Of a stretch of DNA of 64,000 nucleotides, positions 19,901 to 33,600 are shown one piece after another. A program made the position numbers and the translations under genes. Location: IMG/VR virus record IMGVR_UViG_3300020430_000008, positions 32,001 to 96,000 of that record, one strand, 5' to 3'. This stretch comes from a virus. The notes beneath the pieces are model-generated. The model did no database searches and had not been told where the DNA came from. It worked only from the letters and a program-made list of their open reading frames with translations. Position 1 is the stretch's first letter. Each line of letters begins with the position of its first letter.

Positions 19901-20481
19901 GATTTAATAAGGTTTCCGACGCCGGGAATATTCTGCTTCTTTGCTTGAGCCAATAGCTCTTCTTTTGAAATCTTGTTTGCCAAATAAGCGTGAGCAATTT
20001 GCATAACCGGACCAGTTGCCTTACCGATGAGAGTACGGTATGTATTAACGGCGCGCTTGCTCTTGAACTGAATGCCGATGATGAAAAGATACTTTGTGAT
20101 GTCTCCGCTCATGAACCACTGTCCAGCAACGTCTTCACGATCTAAAGTGTCTTTCAGTGCAACATCAAGGGTAACCATGGTAGTTTCCTTGTTGCTCGTT
20201 GCCATGCCCATGGCTGCGCCAATTTCTCCAAGCTGAGCGCCGCTATAAGACACACTGCCAAGGTCGGCACCAAACTGCTTCATAAGCGCTTCAAACTGTG
20301 CTCCACCTTCTGCGCCCATTGTTGCTTGAAGCTCGGCGCGCTTATAGACTGGCACAGTTTCTTCGACAATGTGCGGGTTTGATTCAAGCAATACAGTGCC
20401 ACCAACAGTCTCAATTGTAAGAACTTTGATGACTGATGAAGGAATCAGATCCTTGAGGAAATTCATGTCATTAGAAGCCAT
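16921..20481 (-). CDS. Large putative virion protein (1186 aa)
   Basis: Long ORF in the structural operon with TAATG coupling at both ends. No enzyme motif seen. Confidence 0.7.
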   Translation of the reverse strand: MASNDMNFLKDLIPSSVIKVLTIETVGGTVLLESNPHIVEETVPVYKRAELQATMGAEGGAQFEALMKQFGADLGSVSYSGAQLGEIGAAMGMATSNKETTMVTLDVALKDTLDREDVAGQWFMSGDITKYLFIIGIQFKSKRAVNTYRTLIGKATGPVMQIAHAYLANKISKEELLAQAKKQNIPGVGNLIKSKSDITFDIRSAQDIVNSIDSSTSGEAITEQDLMLAGYSSIDTNGDTIYEFPAKFQFEIDSSSPSHAAYYICSYIDIEKLLEDNGLTTNTVNMTANQYANNGEWITALADGELSGDSRISDFRDVNNVVPAHSVDLSQINMLDELASGTAQNFTTLPAYKHKYFSDIHLSIMPNRTCGFLFAFSQLDFMKDNSVYGRFFDNVADDIADDVLKKCTIEEIKILRRRVKHFKQGSYARGYPSVYEPFSNEEREDVIVSSRAKKRSGKLQSTRRIIQKKTGAPTEDGRTNSAGIREIELKTNATNGKDFRVRHFTGKDISVKRQTDGIYQYGVEITMRDYVPVYIGNQLRILRRHVARLKEYEVFSQIPVVNRYQQTYKDPHVGNKRMDQQTNKAEAVVNIVAGVSTANTNSPKQTQVGFYDPTINRFTTDFRRFAARRYARTRPWRRAPRAFVELLDLISNDNMSDTAKKKIRDNMTSVCNPNSGTPRGINAVIETLEIYIKIVESLISSEPPTTNSSAASNPNTPNGGSGVTNRTVTYQTWFSNDAFNADAPPSTGASFLNMSSGGSTTSIGMVSTTDYLSRAESEVVKYFTSPTAAPNVDASFKCLSAQSVNMLTPENTVNLQTLRSYDGTFSERVEMKEAFKSVVQWMGSNRKAGTTRVLTIDSKQRVGQAIAPEFGLTLMTGEEYGNALRGVTLQQNSNSRLSFGADEAISASPTAIGLALNQNAAEDEEIDYLNVFPSAMATSEWAAQQTGEELLDAFTNLAAGFEKSEETEFLTQLVINTKRDFMHSTEKNPARSTEANFTPQAVIMYLVEAALAAGGYDSASFETIANRILSTLPISIQAAGWSLAPTSNVNASIKGRVGSEYWNHPVVNTIYQLYFMLNVRVEYLVGYRESNLKPKYDKTIGSEIWAPLTGDVVRDLHRAEGQQILCRLRPYNNETLRIAFPKALQMPIWNNTFLLVGNNDKPLSGIRRKMGFVNPATQVIREGLKY

Positions 20482-21614
20482 TATTCACATTCCTCGCACA
20501 GCGAACCAAGCAGGTCAATGTCATCTGTATTATACAACACTGAGCCGGGATCTTCAACTGCGTCATAGCAATCTAATACCCTTGTCCACTCTCTTCTTGT
20601 TCTGTCATCAGTTGCGACATAGTTGCAAACTGTTGAGTCGTCGATCTCTTCATCGGCTTGAACGTCCATAAAATATTCAACATATGTGTCATCCAACAAC
20701 GCAAGATTGTATTGTGGGATTTCCGAAGGGTCGAGCAAAATGTTGTCCACGATTTCTTCTCCGTACTTCACAAAACTCATTCTTGTCAGCGTCTGTCCGG
20801 TTCTGTCTCTGGGCTGCATTGTTTCGTCTTCTTCGACTTCCCACACTTCAACATAAAACTGGTCAACCGATCTGGCAGAGTTCATTTCGTTGACTTCTAA
20901 AACTAAGTAGTTATCATCAACAACTATATATGTGCCGTCAGGATAATATGTTGTAAGGTACATGTCGCGAGGCAAGCCCGTACCGGGAAGCGCTTCGCCT
21001 TTGACATCATCGTCAAACTCGGTCGCGGGATGATTCAGCCCCTCTTCCCATGCAGCAGGATCAACACCAGTTTCAGATTTATGAATCTCTGTTGTGTAAT
21101 CAATATGCACTTCAAGTTGCGGGATTTTTGTAATGTTCTCGTAAGAACTGCTAGCGTATGCCATGCTAGCCGTAAACTCGTTCTTGAGCGCTTTGATTTC
21201 CCATGCAGGCGCGTACAACATCTTCTCAGACACAATAGTGGAGTTACCCAATGGAAGCATATAAGGCGCGCGAGTCACGCTGGAGCGTATCGCGGTTGCG
21301 TATGCATCTTGAGCGCCAACGCCAAACTGTGCATTCTGAGGCGTGTTGTTTTTGACAGCGCGGGTCAGCTTCTTTACTTGCTTTTCAAGGTCGGAATGCG
21401 AAGTTTGAGCGCGCATTGATGGAGTTTCTTCTTGGATTCTCGCCTCTGCAGCACCAGAAATTTCAGGATTGCCTGCGTATCTGTTGTCATAAATAATGTC
21501 TTCATCAAAGAAGGCGTAGAATGTAGGCTTCCACTCGCCTCTGGAAAGTTTGTATTTCCCATATGACGTTAGGATAATCTCGACTACCTCTTCCTTCTTA
21601 TCAAAAAACGACAT
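20481..21614 (-). CDS. Virion/baseplate-associated protein (N-terminus paralogous to 12746-13699)
   Basis: VVEIILTSYGKYKLSRG...YAFFDEDIIYD. Confidence 0.65.
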   Translation of the reverse strand: MSFFDKKEEVVEIILTSYGKYKLSRGEWKPTFYAFFDEDIIYDNRYAGNPEISGAAEARIQEETPSMRAQTSHSDLEKQVKKLTRAVKNNTPQNAQFGVGAQDAYATAIRSSVTRAPYMLPLGNSTIVSEKMLYAPAWEIKALKNEFTASMAYASSSYENITKIPQLEVHIDYTTEIHKSETGVDPAAWEEGLNHPATEFDDDVKGEALPGTGLPRDMYLTTYYPDGTYIVVDDNYLVLEVNEMNSARSVDQFYVEVWEVEEDETMQPRDRTGQTLTRMSFVKYGEEIVDNILLDPSEIPQYNLALLDDTYVEYFMDVQADEEIDDSTVCNYVATDDRTRREWTRVLDCYDAVEDPGSVLYNTDDIDLLGSLCEECE

Positions 21615-21616
21615 TA

Positions 21617-24600
21617 TTAATAACCTCCCCTAGTCGGTCCTGATAACGTAGGACCGCTGGATGGCGTGACTCCTGCCGCTGGGCTGGGTGTGCCATAAGT
21701 CGCGGAGATTGCTGCCGTCGCCATCGATGTGGTTGCGTTTCTTGCCGCTGTTCTGACAGTTGTTTCGGAGATGGAAATAATGCTCATGCTTGTGGATGAT
21801 CTCAAGCTGAGGTCTGCGATAGATGATGCTCTGGTTCCTAACTCAAGGCGCTCATTAAGCTCTTGAAGTTGAATGTTTTCGATAAGTTTTTTGTTTCGTA
21901 AAGTAACAGACATGTCAATCTTGGCAGTCTCAACGAGCGAGAAGAAGTCGTATGGCCAGTTGTAACTATACTCTGTTGCTCTTCTTGCCTCTCCTGCCTT
22001 GAACTTGAACTTAAATCTATCGTCATCAAGGCTATCTGTTGTTTGTGCAAAATAGTTAATTTCGGCGCGCTGCTTAACCTTGAAGACCATAAACCTAAGC
22101 TGATTTGGCAAATCACCACCGTCTTCTGCTGCCGCCCCAAGAAGTTCCAACACATTAAGCTTGTGAGAAACTTGCTTAGTAACTTGCTTCATGATCTTGC
22201 CAGAATCGGGATACAGCCCCTGCCACATGTCAGCAAGATCTTGAGCAGAAAACTCATGTTCATACTCAAAAATGTACATTGCGTATGGCTTGGCTGTGGT
22301 TGTTCTGGTAAAGTCGAGGTGAGGTGGGATGATGTAATCTTGCATGAGCGTGATTTGGCGTAACACGGAAGCACCTAAGTTGACCTGCAAACCACTTACC
22401 GGAGAAACCGCTGTGCCCTCTAAACCTCTCAGCTTCTCAAGCGATGCCCAGTATGCGGTGTTCGAGAAATCGTTACGACCGAAGTAGCGATCAATCTGAT
22501 CTCTATTAAGCTCCACAAATCGACGGCGGCTTCTGTTTGGACCAGCCATGACATAAGGCATTACGATAACCGCTTCTTTAACCTTTTTAGTTTCTGCAAC
22601 TTGTCCAAGCTTTTTGGCACCGATATTGAAACCAACCAAACTACCAAGGGATCTTGTTAATGCCGGGACACCAGCGCGTGGCAAGAACTTGCCAGAAGGT
22701 ACAGTTCTTGGGGAGTTTAGTGCTGCTTCAAGATCGGGGAATTTTGCCATAATCTTTTCTGAACTGAAATAGTCAAGAGTGGAGTCTGTGCCAGCATGAG
22801 TAACTGAGCCGCCGCCGCCATTCGGGTGACGATAAAGATTATCAGCATAACGAAGGTTGGCAATGTGAACCGGATTGGTATACCAAAGCTTGATCGGGTC
22901 CATTCTTTCGATCTCTTCGTTATGGGTGCTTCCTTGTGCATAGCCCATCATTCCCAATGGATAAATATCTTGCAGATCTCCCGCTTCCGTAGCATCTGAT
23001 GCAACCGTGTCATTGTGGAACCCGAATACGTTAGATTTGTTAGATGCACTACCTGCCGCTTCTCCATAGTAATCAGAGGCATAGCGCTGATATGAGGTTT
23101 CTCCGTGTGTGTATCCAGAATATGCGAAGTTCGTATTCGGATAACGGGGGTGATTGCCACTCAAGGGACTGTCAATGGACCTAGCGTATCTTTCATATCT
23201 AGGAGCAATTGCTTTTTCAAAATTACCATCTGCGTCAACACCGTAAATGCCTTCCGAGCCGGTGTAACCGCAAATGATTTCAGCGCGCCCGACGCCAATA
23301 GAGTTAGAAAGTGGAACTTGGTAGTCAGCAGCACCTGCTTCAAAGCCGTTAGCGGGAAGACCGCGACCGGTACCCGGACCCTTATGTGTAACAGTGTTAA
23401 GGTGTGTGTTGTGTGAGCCCGTGTTCTCAAAGTAATAAACAGAATAGCCAATTTTACACGTCTGGTAGGGGTGCGTATTCATAAGTTGGTGAGTGTATAA
23501 AGTTGCACCCAAAGCATCTCCAAAAGAGCCGGTACTAATATTATTTGAGAAGTGTGGCGGATTCGGAATCACACCGCGCTTGTTTTTGTGAAGCTCGCTT
23601 TGGTACGACGCTGCAAGATTCTTTTTATCGACATTGGGGTTGTTTGGAACATCAAACTTCCATTGTGTGTAATAGTTTCGGAATGGAATTCCCATAAGTT
23701 GTATTGCCCTGTTTGCATCTTCTGAGTAAGTGCTTGGCAGTTTTCCAATGCCCATGAGCTTTTGTCTAAGAGAGGAAGTGCCGGGATAGCCTCTGTTCAA
23801 GTAAGTCATCTGATCGGCATGAGCGGGTGGTCCGTACTCGCCATCACCATGTACAACGTTGTCACCGCCGGCATGCGCGGAGCCTGACATAATGTTAGAG
23901 CCTGTAACGCTTGCGTCAATATAAAACCCTCTTTCAAATGCAGGCATGTTGCTGCCAGAAAGACCGGGCGTAGAAGCATTTGGATGAAGCGTCACTCCCC
24001 ATGTAGTATCCAAAATAGTGCCGTCGTCCGCAGAAAGAATTTGCAAGTGTGTGTGATCTGCAATGATGCCAGCTAACGAACCAGTAGACATAAGACGCCA
24101 TCTCATATACTGTTGGCGACCACCTCGTTCAAGTGTACCATCGGCTACCTTGTCTGGGAATCTGATCGTATCTCTGCCCACAACATACGCTTGTTCTGAA
24201 CCTGAGAAAGAGCCACTTTGTCTGTAGCCCATTCCCAACAACAGCCTCTTACTAGCTGAACCGCCGTTAACGATGGAATCCGTGAATGTGCCCGATTGAT
24301 GACCGTCCCAGTCCAAGCCGCCACGATATATGACCGGATCTCCTGAGCCATCGGCACCATCACCCCACTTGACAATGTTAGCACCGGCTCCAGCGTTGAA
24401 ATCAGGCGAGCCTGTGATGTGTAGCCATTTCGGATTAGGAATGGTCATCTCTGTGCCGTTTTGCAGATAACTCAATGGAATGTCAGAAACTTCTAAGTAG
24501 ATTCCCTGTGATGCAGATGGGATCTCGCCGTATTGATGCCACATTCCGATAGGCTCGCACAAGCCAGCATAACCATGATGATAACCGTTTGATTCAGAAA

Positions 24601-27600
24601 ATGCTGCGGTTGAAATCGAGCCCGAAAGTGTCGGGGCACTTTGATTGTCGGTCAAGCCATATCCAAAATGTAGAATCGGAGTTTCAAGCTTAGTTTGAAT
24701 AACCCAAGCTGAGTTTCTGGCGGTAGTTTGGTTTGAGTCTTGCACAGTTTGGGGCAAGCCAGTCGTTGCATCATAAGCAACTTCCTTAATTTGCGTTCTG
24801 CCCTTAATGTTTACAGCAGCATCAATCTGCATTGCGTTAACATTGATTGCATAACCTTGTGGTCCGATTGTTCCCCAGTCGCCATATGCGCCGGAAACGT
24901 AATCAAGTTCGTATCTCAAGAAATTGATAGTTGACTGTTCCCAAATATCATCAAGGTAATGTTTACCGGTACGAGTAGGCTTGAACGTAATGAATGCCCA
25001 AGCTTGACCATCATAGTAAGGCGGGGTGAACGGAGCATTATATCCAGTTGTTCCATCTTTCATGCCATGTGTTGTTCCGTGGTGCCATGAGACCTTTCCT
25101 ACAGTTCCAGAGCCGGGGACATGAGAACCAGCAGGAACATCTGCATCTGACGTTGCGCCATAAGACATAGACATGGGAGCGACAGAGCCTGTGTAAATAT
25201 AGTGCAATTCTGGTTCGAAGGCATACCCACCCGCACACGGCGGTCCAAATGCGCTTGGGCGACTGTACATCGTGATTGTCTCTGGCGCATCGTTCTGCGG
25301 GCGCGGGTACAGTGACTCTTCTCTGCTATAATTAACACCGTCTGGGCTTCTATATAAATCAATCATGTAGCCCGGTCCAGTACCGCCTTCAGAGCCAAAC
25401 CCCATTCGTTCCATTTGAATATAATCAGTCGTGTAGCAAGGCTGGTACCCGCCGTTGAAGACCAACGTTCCACTGTTACTGTTGTCAAGTGCCGTAGTTG
25501 TAAGCGGCTTGAGTGGACCACGATGGTTTTGCCAATGATTACTCGCGCTTGGCGTCAGCTTGCGCTTAGCTAAAGCCTGAGACTTCCAAAGCTTAACCAT
25601 CATTCGGTACTCAGGAATAACTTGTTCTCCGTTGTGAACAACAGCCGAAACTTGTCCAAAGTTGTTATCTGACTCAGGCAGAGACACAAACGATTGCATA
25701 GACTGTTCAGCCAAGTAAAAGTTTGGAATCTCAGCCAAGAAGTTGTGCATCATCATTTTGTACAAAGGATCACCTTGACCGTTCCACGAAGCTGTAACAT
25801 TAATAGATGCGCTTGGGTGTGGCTCCATATCAATCAACGGCACATTAGTAAGGTATTTCTCTGGCTCAACCAATGTCTCAAACGGAAGCCTGTTATCGAA
25901 ATACTCATTTAAGATTTGATAGTTTCTACCGCCGTCGCGATCAACAGATGCAGTAGTAGCAAGCTTTCTGTGAAGGACCGGGTAGTCTACCGCAATGCCC
26001 GATTTGATAGTGTTGAAAAGAATACCGGGTGCCATAAACGGACCATAGAACGGACGCTTAGCAGCAGCAGGATTGCGACCGTGAGTTTCATAACCTTCTG
26101 CGGTTAGTTTGCCAGAGCCGCCAACGCGCTGGTTTGTTGGATCCTGAATCTGATCAATGTCAAAGTTGTATGCGCTAAAGTCTTCGTCACTGTAAAAGTT
26201 TGCGCGCGCAAAGCCGGCATCGATCGTGGCGAGAGCCGACTCACCATTCTCAAAGTTTTTCCAACTAGTTATAGACCCGAAGAAGCTGGAAGGGGAGCCT
26301 TCTGTCGATGTAATTCCTTTTGTTCGAAACTGGCATGCGTTCCCGGCTGTACCGGGTGTGCCGTCCGCGTCTGGGGATCCATGATCTGTTTCGTACATGA
26401 TTTTTATCGCGACTTGGAACCCACCGATGAGGCTAGCCTGATAGGGCGCGTAAACATTTATATATCCGTTGCCATGGGCGTCGTTGATCGCGTTGCGCAG
26501 GACCGTTGCCGTAATATAAGGACGATTTAGTAACACGTTATTGTCTACTGTATTCATAACAGGACCACGCCATCTATAAAGCTTGTTGATGCCGGAGTAG
26601 CTATCCGGTACAGGAGAGATCTCTGCAAAAGAGTTAAAACTTCTCGCCGTGTCATACTCAAATCTTACAACTACATCATCATCATCCTTAATGTCAAAAG
26701 AATTGCCGTCATCAAGCTCGAAGTAACTATTCCATTTTAAATAAATGAACCCGTATGCTGCAACATCGGAGCTATTACCTCCTGTATAACCCAAAAAGCC
26801 GCCGTGGAATCCAAGTTCAGCGGACCACTCGAAAGGACTGAAAGCAAACCATGGAGTCGAATCCGAGCGCGCAGATCCGAATGCGTCGAATGTATTACTA
26901 ACAGAGCCGGATGTGTCTGCACGTACGAAGGACGAGGGCAAATCATTGATACCCAGATCTGACTCAAAAGTTACATGTTCATCATAACTATCAATAAACT
27001 GCTTGCACAGATCAACTGTACGAAGTTGCGGATAGAACCCTTGATATGGCAAGAACTTCACAACAGCATCGCAAGTCAAGGTAAGCTCGTAAGGTTCTGC
27101 AATGCCAGCATTTTCTGTCTTGATTGCATCTAACAGGCTGGCATTTGCGGTCACAGCATAATCACTCATAAAGGAGCCTGTGATGGTGCCAGCGATAGAC
27201 GTTGTGTCTGACGAACTGGTGAGTGCGCCGACAGAAGAGCTTGGGTTACCGTGAATCGAAAGCCATTGCGAATCTCTTGAAGTGAACCGACCCTGCTTAT
27301 CTAACACAAAATATGGGATTCTATCACTGATTCGATATTCTGGCAAGACTTGACGATCTTGTGATTTGCCGCGAAGCTCTTCAAACCACTTAGCGTAGTT
27401 TTCGTAAAACGGAGCCTTGCCTGATTGCTCGGGAGCCTTCCACTTCCAATCACTCACATACAAACCTTCAACGTCGTGTCCGATAGATCTTGTTAGTTGC
27501 GACACGATTCTGTCGCCAAAGTTAAGAACCGCACTGGCAATCGAAGATGTGAATGGGATAGTTGCTTTGTTGGTGTCTAACGCAGTAAAGAACGGCGCGA

Positions 27601-30600
27601 TGCCATCGCCCTTACCGTATGAAGCCGCGCCGCTAAGTGTTGCGGTTTCAGATGTAAAGTTAAATCTTCTACTGTATGCTGCCTTGCCAGCAGATGGCGA
27701 GCAATAACTGTCACGCCCAACAAGCATATGGGGGCGGGCATAACTAGGTCCGAATGCCATACCAGCAGCCGGTCCTTCGACGTAACGTTCAGTAATTTCG
27801 TTTTGAAACAAATCTTCTTTGTAAATACCAACCTGTTGTGCGATATCGTTGAAATCATCTTGCGACAATGTACTAGAAGACACTACAGCAGCACGATTAA
27901 GGTTATTAATGTATTCTGCGTCGAATCCATATGCCATACCATTATGAAACCAAGTGTGTTGATTTTGCAAAATACCGGGTGCGCCCAAAGTATATGCGTC
28001 TGTAACGCCCACATTCATAGTAAATGGCTCAGACCTGTTAATATTAGCTGCAGAGGCTGATGCTCGATATTGGGCTGGTCCAATTCCTATTGTCCCTTGA
28101 TACCCGGCTATTGTTCCAATGTCAACAGCGCCATCCATTGGCCATACACTTGCTGAAGCTCTAAGGGCAACTTTGTTTTCTGCTTTTAAGGCTTCTTGGA
28201 TTTCGCCCTCAGAAACCTCGAATGCGTCTACAAAGTGCCATGCACCACCGCGATAAATGGTTCTGCGGAAATTGGCACCGTCACCACGACTGAACTTCCA
28301 TACTCCGCGAGCGTTTCTCGTATCGGGATGATCATAATAAGTTCTTCTACCAACGGGATCAACAAAGCTGCGTCGTGAAGCGTGATCATCAGGGTCTACG
28401 TGAACAGCACTTTCATCAGCAGCCCAGAAGCCCGCAACATAGTTGGCGCGTTTGCGCATATCGGTGTGTGAGGCATGATGTGATTGGGGGAATACGGTTT
28501 CGCGGTATGTTAAATCAACCAGCGTGTACGCATCATCACCGCCAAGATCTGTCATCTCTGTGTACATTTCATACAAATCATTGTATGCTGTTCTGTCTGT
28601 CTTAAAGTTGCGAAGCCCCACGTCTTCATTAAGCTGACTGTCGGGGAAGTATTTCAAGTTATTAACGTGTGTGACGTTTGCATATAACATCTTGTCAGGA
28701 TCAACAGAGTATGATACGCTAGGTGCGCTTGAAGGAGTGATGCCACCGGGTGACAGAAGATCTAATCCTTGAGCTACCTGCGCAGATGACCAAGTTGCGG
28801 TCAAAGCTCCCCTGTGAATTGCGGCGAGCATAGTCTTTGCGTTTGTTTCAACAACAGGCACGTAGTAATGGTGATGCTTTCTTTCTGCTGTGTTAATGTG
28901 CCCAAGTTTGCGGAATGCAGCAACAGCATCACTGCCTTGCATTCGACGTAAGGAGCGTACGCGCCCAACAAAACCGGGCTTTGGCGGTACTACTCTGTCA
29001 GAGCGCGGATCGACAACGACATAGCGGTTGTTTTTGCGCATAGTTTGCGCAAGTTCGTGTTCTCCACCGCGAATCTGTTTCCAAGTTGGATATCCATAAG
29101 GTCCATTACGCTTCCACATTAATGAATTGAAAATGCTGCCAACAGACTGTCTAATGGCATACTCTTCATGGTAATCTGTAGAATCAGTGTAGTTTGGACC
29201 GGTGAGTGAGACATCACTCCAGTAGCCGCTTGAGCCTGACCAGTATTGCGGCAAAATATCCCAACGAATAGGTTCGTTTCGCCACAGCCCAGTACCATCA
29301 TTATCTTGTACGAAAGCTCCTTGCAAGTAGAGCGGATCTTCGTTAGGCACGATAGAACTCAGCATAATGGCATCGCCGTTTTTGTCGCTGCTAAGCACCC
29401 TGAGTCCTTTGCCAAACTGAATTGCAAAGTTTACATAATTGTGTAAGTTGGCGATTCGGGATGCGTACGCAAAGCCGCCGCGACTTTCGCCTGTATTGTG
29501 TCCAATTGGGAGAGGATCGTCTGCTGGCAGAATACCGCCACTGGCGTAGAAGCCGAGCGCAACAGCACCTGAGCCGTCTGTTAGCCAGTTGTTTTGAGTC
29601 TCACGGATATTAAGGTTGAGCCTGTGAACATTAGGTATATGTTCTGTACCCAGCCCCTTGGCAATTCCAAAGTAGCGGAACCCTTGATCAGCACTAGTTG
29701 CGTGAGTGTCTTCGCCAGCAATTGAGCTACCTGCGTCAGAAGCACTAATGAAAATAATCGGATCGACTGGACGAGAACCTGATGGCGTGGGGTGGTTAAG
29801 TCCTTGGATGTTATACCCGTGACCTAAATTGAAGTATGTGGAGTTAGCTCCAGAAGGCGCTAAGGATGCGGAAATCCAAGCATATTGATATTCGTTTTGT
29901 GGAATCGGTCGCGTGACGTAATCGTTGTCATAAATGCGCTTTTCGACCTTTTCAGTGTTAATGCCGTGAAGCGGCGTCACATTACGATGCTCAAGTCTTC
30001 CATTTCTGTGAACCTTATGCCACGAAGGACTAACACCATAATCGTGTGAGTGGTCTTGAATCTCAGTGTCTTGTCCAACAACATTCTCGACACCGAATCT
30101 GCCAGATGGCATAGCACGCAATGAGCGCAGACCCAAACGTGGGTGGTGACTAGAAGAATGAATTTCTGCTTTTGTGCTTAAATACTCGCCACTCGACGAG
30201 CCCAAAACTTCAAGGTTACGCCATGGGTATGCATTATATACTGAGTATTCTTCTGCTGCTAAATCAAGAAAGCCCTTCGATTGGTTTCGTGGACCACCGG
30301 GAGCCGAGAACCTATTTGCAATAATAGTATTAAGGTTGGTGCTGCCCGACTCTCTGCTCTGGACTTGGAAATTGGTGTAAATAAACGCATGTTGGTCTTC
30401 ACCATCGCCAAAATCAGTCCTTCTGAGCTTTGGAATTATCTTGAAATGGATCTGCTGAGCGCCAGTCTGAGAGTAGTCAAAACTGGCGTGATTGATTTTA
30501 TCTTGCAAGTCATGAAGAAGCAAATTGCCATCTTGGTCTTTATCAGTCCAAAAACGTTGGGGCATAGTCAAAATTGTCTCAACATGAGTAGTAGCCAACA

Positions 30601-33600
30601 AATCAATGGGGCGTGCTCCGCTGTCGGCACCGGTACGCACCGAAGAGCTAACCTGACCTAACTTTGTGAGATCTGTGTCGTCTGGAGCGTACCAAGCTCC
30701 GTAATCTATTTCGCCGTCAACAACGCCATCGATAAGCTGCCATCTGCCGCCGACAGCAGGATTAGAGCCGATCTCGTATGCAGAGCCCGTTTGGGAAATA
30801 TTACGAACAGACTGGTTATCTCTTAAAAATGGCTTCTGATTTGAGCGACCAACCGTGTGTACAACCTCATAGTTGTGTCGGTAGTTACCAAGCACTGTGA
30901 TAGCCGAACCGGTTGCAATCTGCTCATGATAATGCTTTGTCCATGAAGACTCGTCATCGCCATCGCTAGCAATAACATCGACTCGATGCTCACCAATCAC
31001 AGCAGTCTTGGCAGACGATGTTACCATCTGAATATTTCTAATGTTTACCGGGCGCTTAGCAACTTCGTCACGATAGTAACGTCCACCAATCGGACGCCAG
31101 TGAATTGAATTGCCGCCGCCGCCGTCATCTGCTTGGAACGGATAAGGACCATGTGGGAAAGGATAATCAGGACCGGTCAGACCAACACCACCACTAGTCG
31201 CATGCAAGATACCCGACGATGTACTGAGCGCTGTATTGATCAGAACCAGCCAACCTTCCATACGATTCTTAAGAGTGTCTGTTCCATCGTTGATTGCTGC
31301 GTGTCTGTACTTGCGACCACCAACATACTTCTCTGTGAACGGTCCCTGCATTGGGGTTTCTTTGTCTTCACCGTATGTGTCAGTGTGCAAGTTGACTAAG
31401 TTGACGCCTCGACCAAGACCGCCAAGCTCTGTAGCTGTGGCAGAACCATCGTCATCGTCACCAGTGCGTGATTCGTGAAGTCCATATGCATGGCTTCTTT
31501 TGTTAATATATGTTCCTGCGTCAGTCGAGTGTCCGACGCCAGTGCCTCCACCCCAAACAGTCAGATCTTGGTTAATAAGCTTGGTATAACCTTCATTGAC
31601 ATCATCAGCGCTGGATGAAATGACGTTGAACGGCATGACCAAGTTGCCTCGGAAATGAATGTACGAGCCAGAGCCCCAGCTAGGAGTTGGCGTAACACCT
31701 TCTTGACCACCTTGAAGTGGTGTGCTCTCTAATCCGTTAGTTTCAAAAGTTGTAGACGAACCCGGTACTGAGCCTGTAAGGATGATCGAACGATTACCTG
31801 AAATGCCGGCTTCAGCTTGGGTCACCGTTACGAAGGGGAACGCACCACCAACTTCGCCAGTAAATGCTGCTGTGAGTTTGGGGTGATTATTTAAAGCTTC
31901 AAAAATCCGATAACCATACCCTTCACGCCATGAATCGCTGTTAATGCTCGCGTCGATTCTTTCAATTATTGGATTGTTAGCGTCTGTAAAGTCTTTTGCG
32001 CCAGCTTGGTATACCGAAACAACAGTGCCGTCCGTTGTTGTAAGTTGCAAAAGAACCTTGTGAATGCCTATATCATAAAGGTCTGCTGAGTTAGTGACAG
32101 TAACCGTGCCCGACGCGGCGATTGGTGCAACATATGCTTGGTTGCCTGCCTGTGACTTGAAGCCTTCCCAGCCGTCCATGACGCGGTAGCCTTCACGCTT
32201 GACCTTAGCTCCATAGGAAGCGGAACGTGGCATGTCACATTGCGGCAAGCTTGCGCTTGGCGATGCGTCAGTGTCCATGTCCTTCGCAACAAGATAGCCC
32301 AGAGGGTATCCACCGAACTTGCCATAGTCAACACCTCTTGGGGAGAACGGCACAGTTGCAGGATAAACATAATCGAGCTTCTTGTTGTCATCGTAGTTAA
32401 TACCGCCATGAATAATGCGAGTCTGATCAACGCTGTATTTATATGGCGTGTGCAGCTTGCGGTTAAACGCGCTGGTGCTGGCACTAAAGATTGCGATACG
32501 AGAAGTCAACGTTCCCGAAAGGTTCATGCCCGGTGAACTGGCAGACAGCGCCGTGGAAGCAAGAATCGGATGCTCGCGCTCTGCTCTCTTGCTCCACCAA
32601 AGGCAGTTGTCATCCTGATCCATCATTTCAGCACCACCCGGCGCTAACGGAACAGGGGCATGACCACGCTGGTAATCATATAGGAGAGTATTAATTGTGT
32701 CGAAAGATGCAGCCGGTGGGTCATCAGCCATTTCCATAGAGGGGAACTTGGTTTCGTACTTGTTCCGCTCCAACATATGGCTTTCAACCATGGTCTGCAT
32801 GCCTTCTGAGTGCTCTGCAGATGCTGGGAACAGGTCTTCTAAGAACCTGCTGACTGCGCTGTCAATCCACTTGTAGTAGTCTACATACTTGTCAAGGTCT
32901 GGGCTGTTAGGCATCTTCTCAAAGAAAAGTTGTCTAAGCTTTCCGAGATCCTTGTACTTGGGGCGATACCTGTTGACTGGCTCGCCAATAAGATTATCGA
33001 AGTCTTTGATCGAAGAGAACATCTTGACCATCTCTTCCGAGATTGTCTGGTACATGCTCTTTTCAATAGAATAATAAACCTTACTAGGTCTTGTGTCGAT
33101 CGTGAAAAACTCGTCATCGTTCTGACGAATCTCAACCATGTCGCTGCTGTGCAGATACTCTGGGAGGACAACCTTAGCAGTTGGGATATATCGAGTATTA
33201 ACAATATCTTTCTTGTTTTCCAAGAAGAAATCACCAATACCCAAATGCTGCATCATTACCTGATCGCTAAACGCTGGCTCATATCTTTCGCCATGTTCTG
33301 CAGAACCAGACGAGATGTCTTGAACAATAAACTGTGCGTCTTTTGTGTTCTCTGTAGTCGTCGGGCTAGGACCAGAACCTGTTACGTTGTCAAAGTTCCA
33401 GTGAAGTGCCAGTGTTGCGATTTGTGGAACGTAGTTTCCGCTCATCGACGTTTGGTAAATGAACGCATTCTTGTACGGACTTTCAACACCGAAGCTGCTT
33501 TGATCCATTGCGTGAGTCAACACAACGTCATCGGACACATCGCTGAACCAATACCTTAAGTTGCCCACCTCGACATTACTATAGTATTCTGTGCTGCCTG

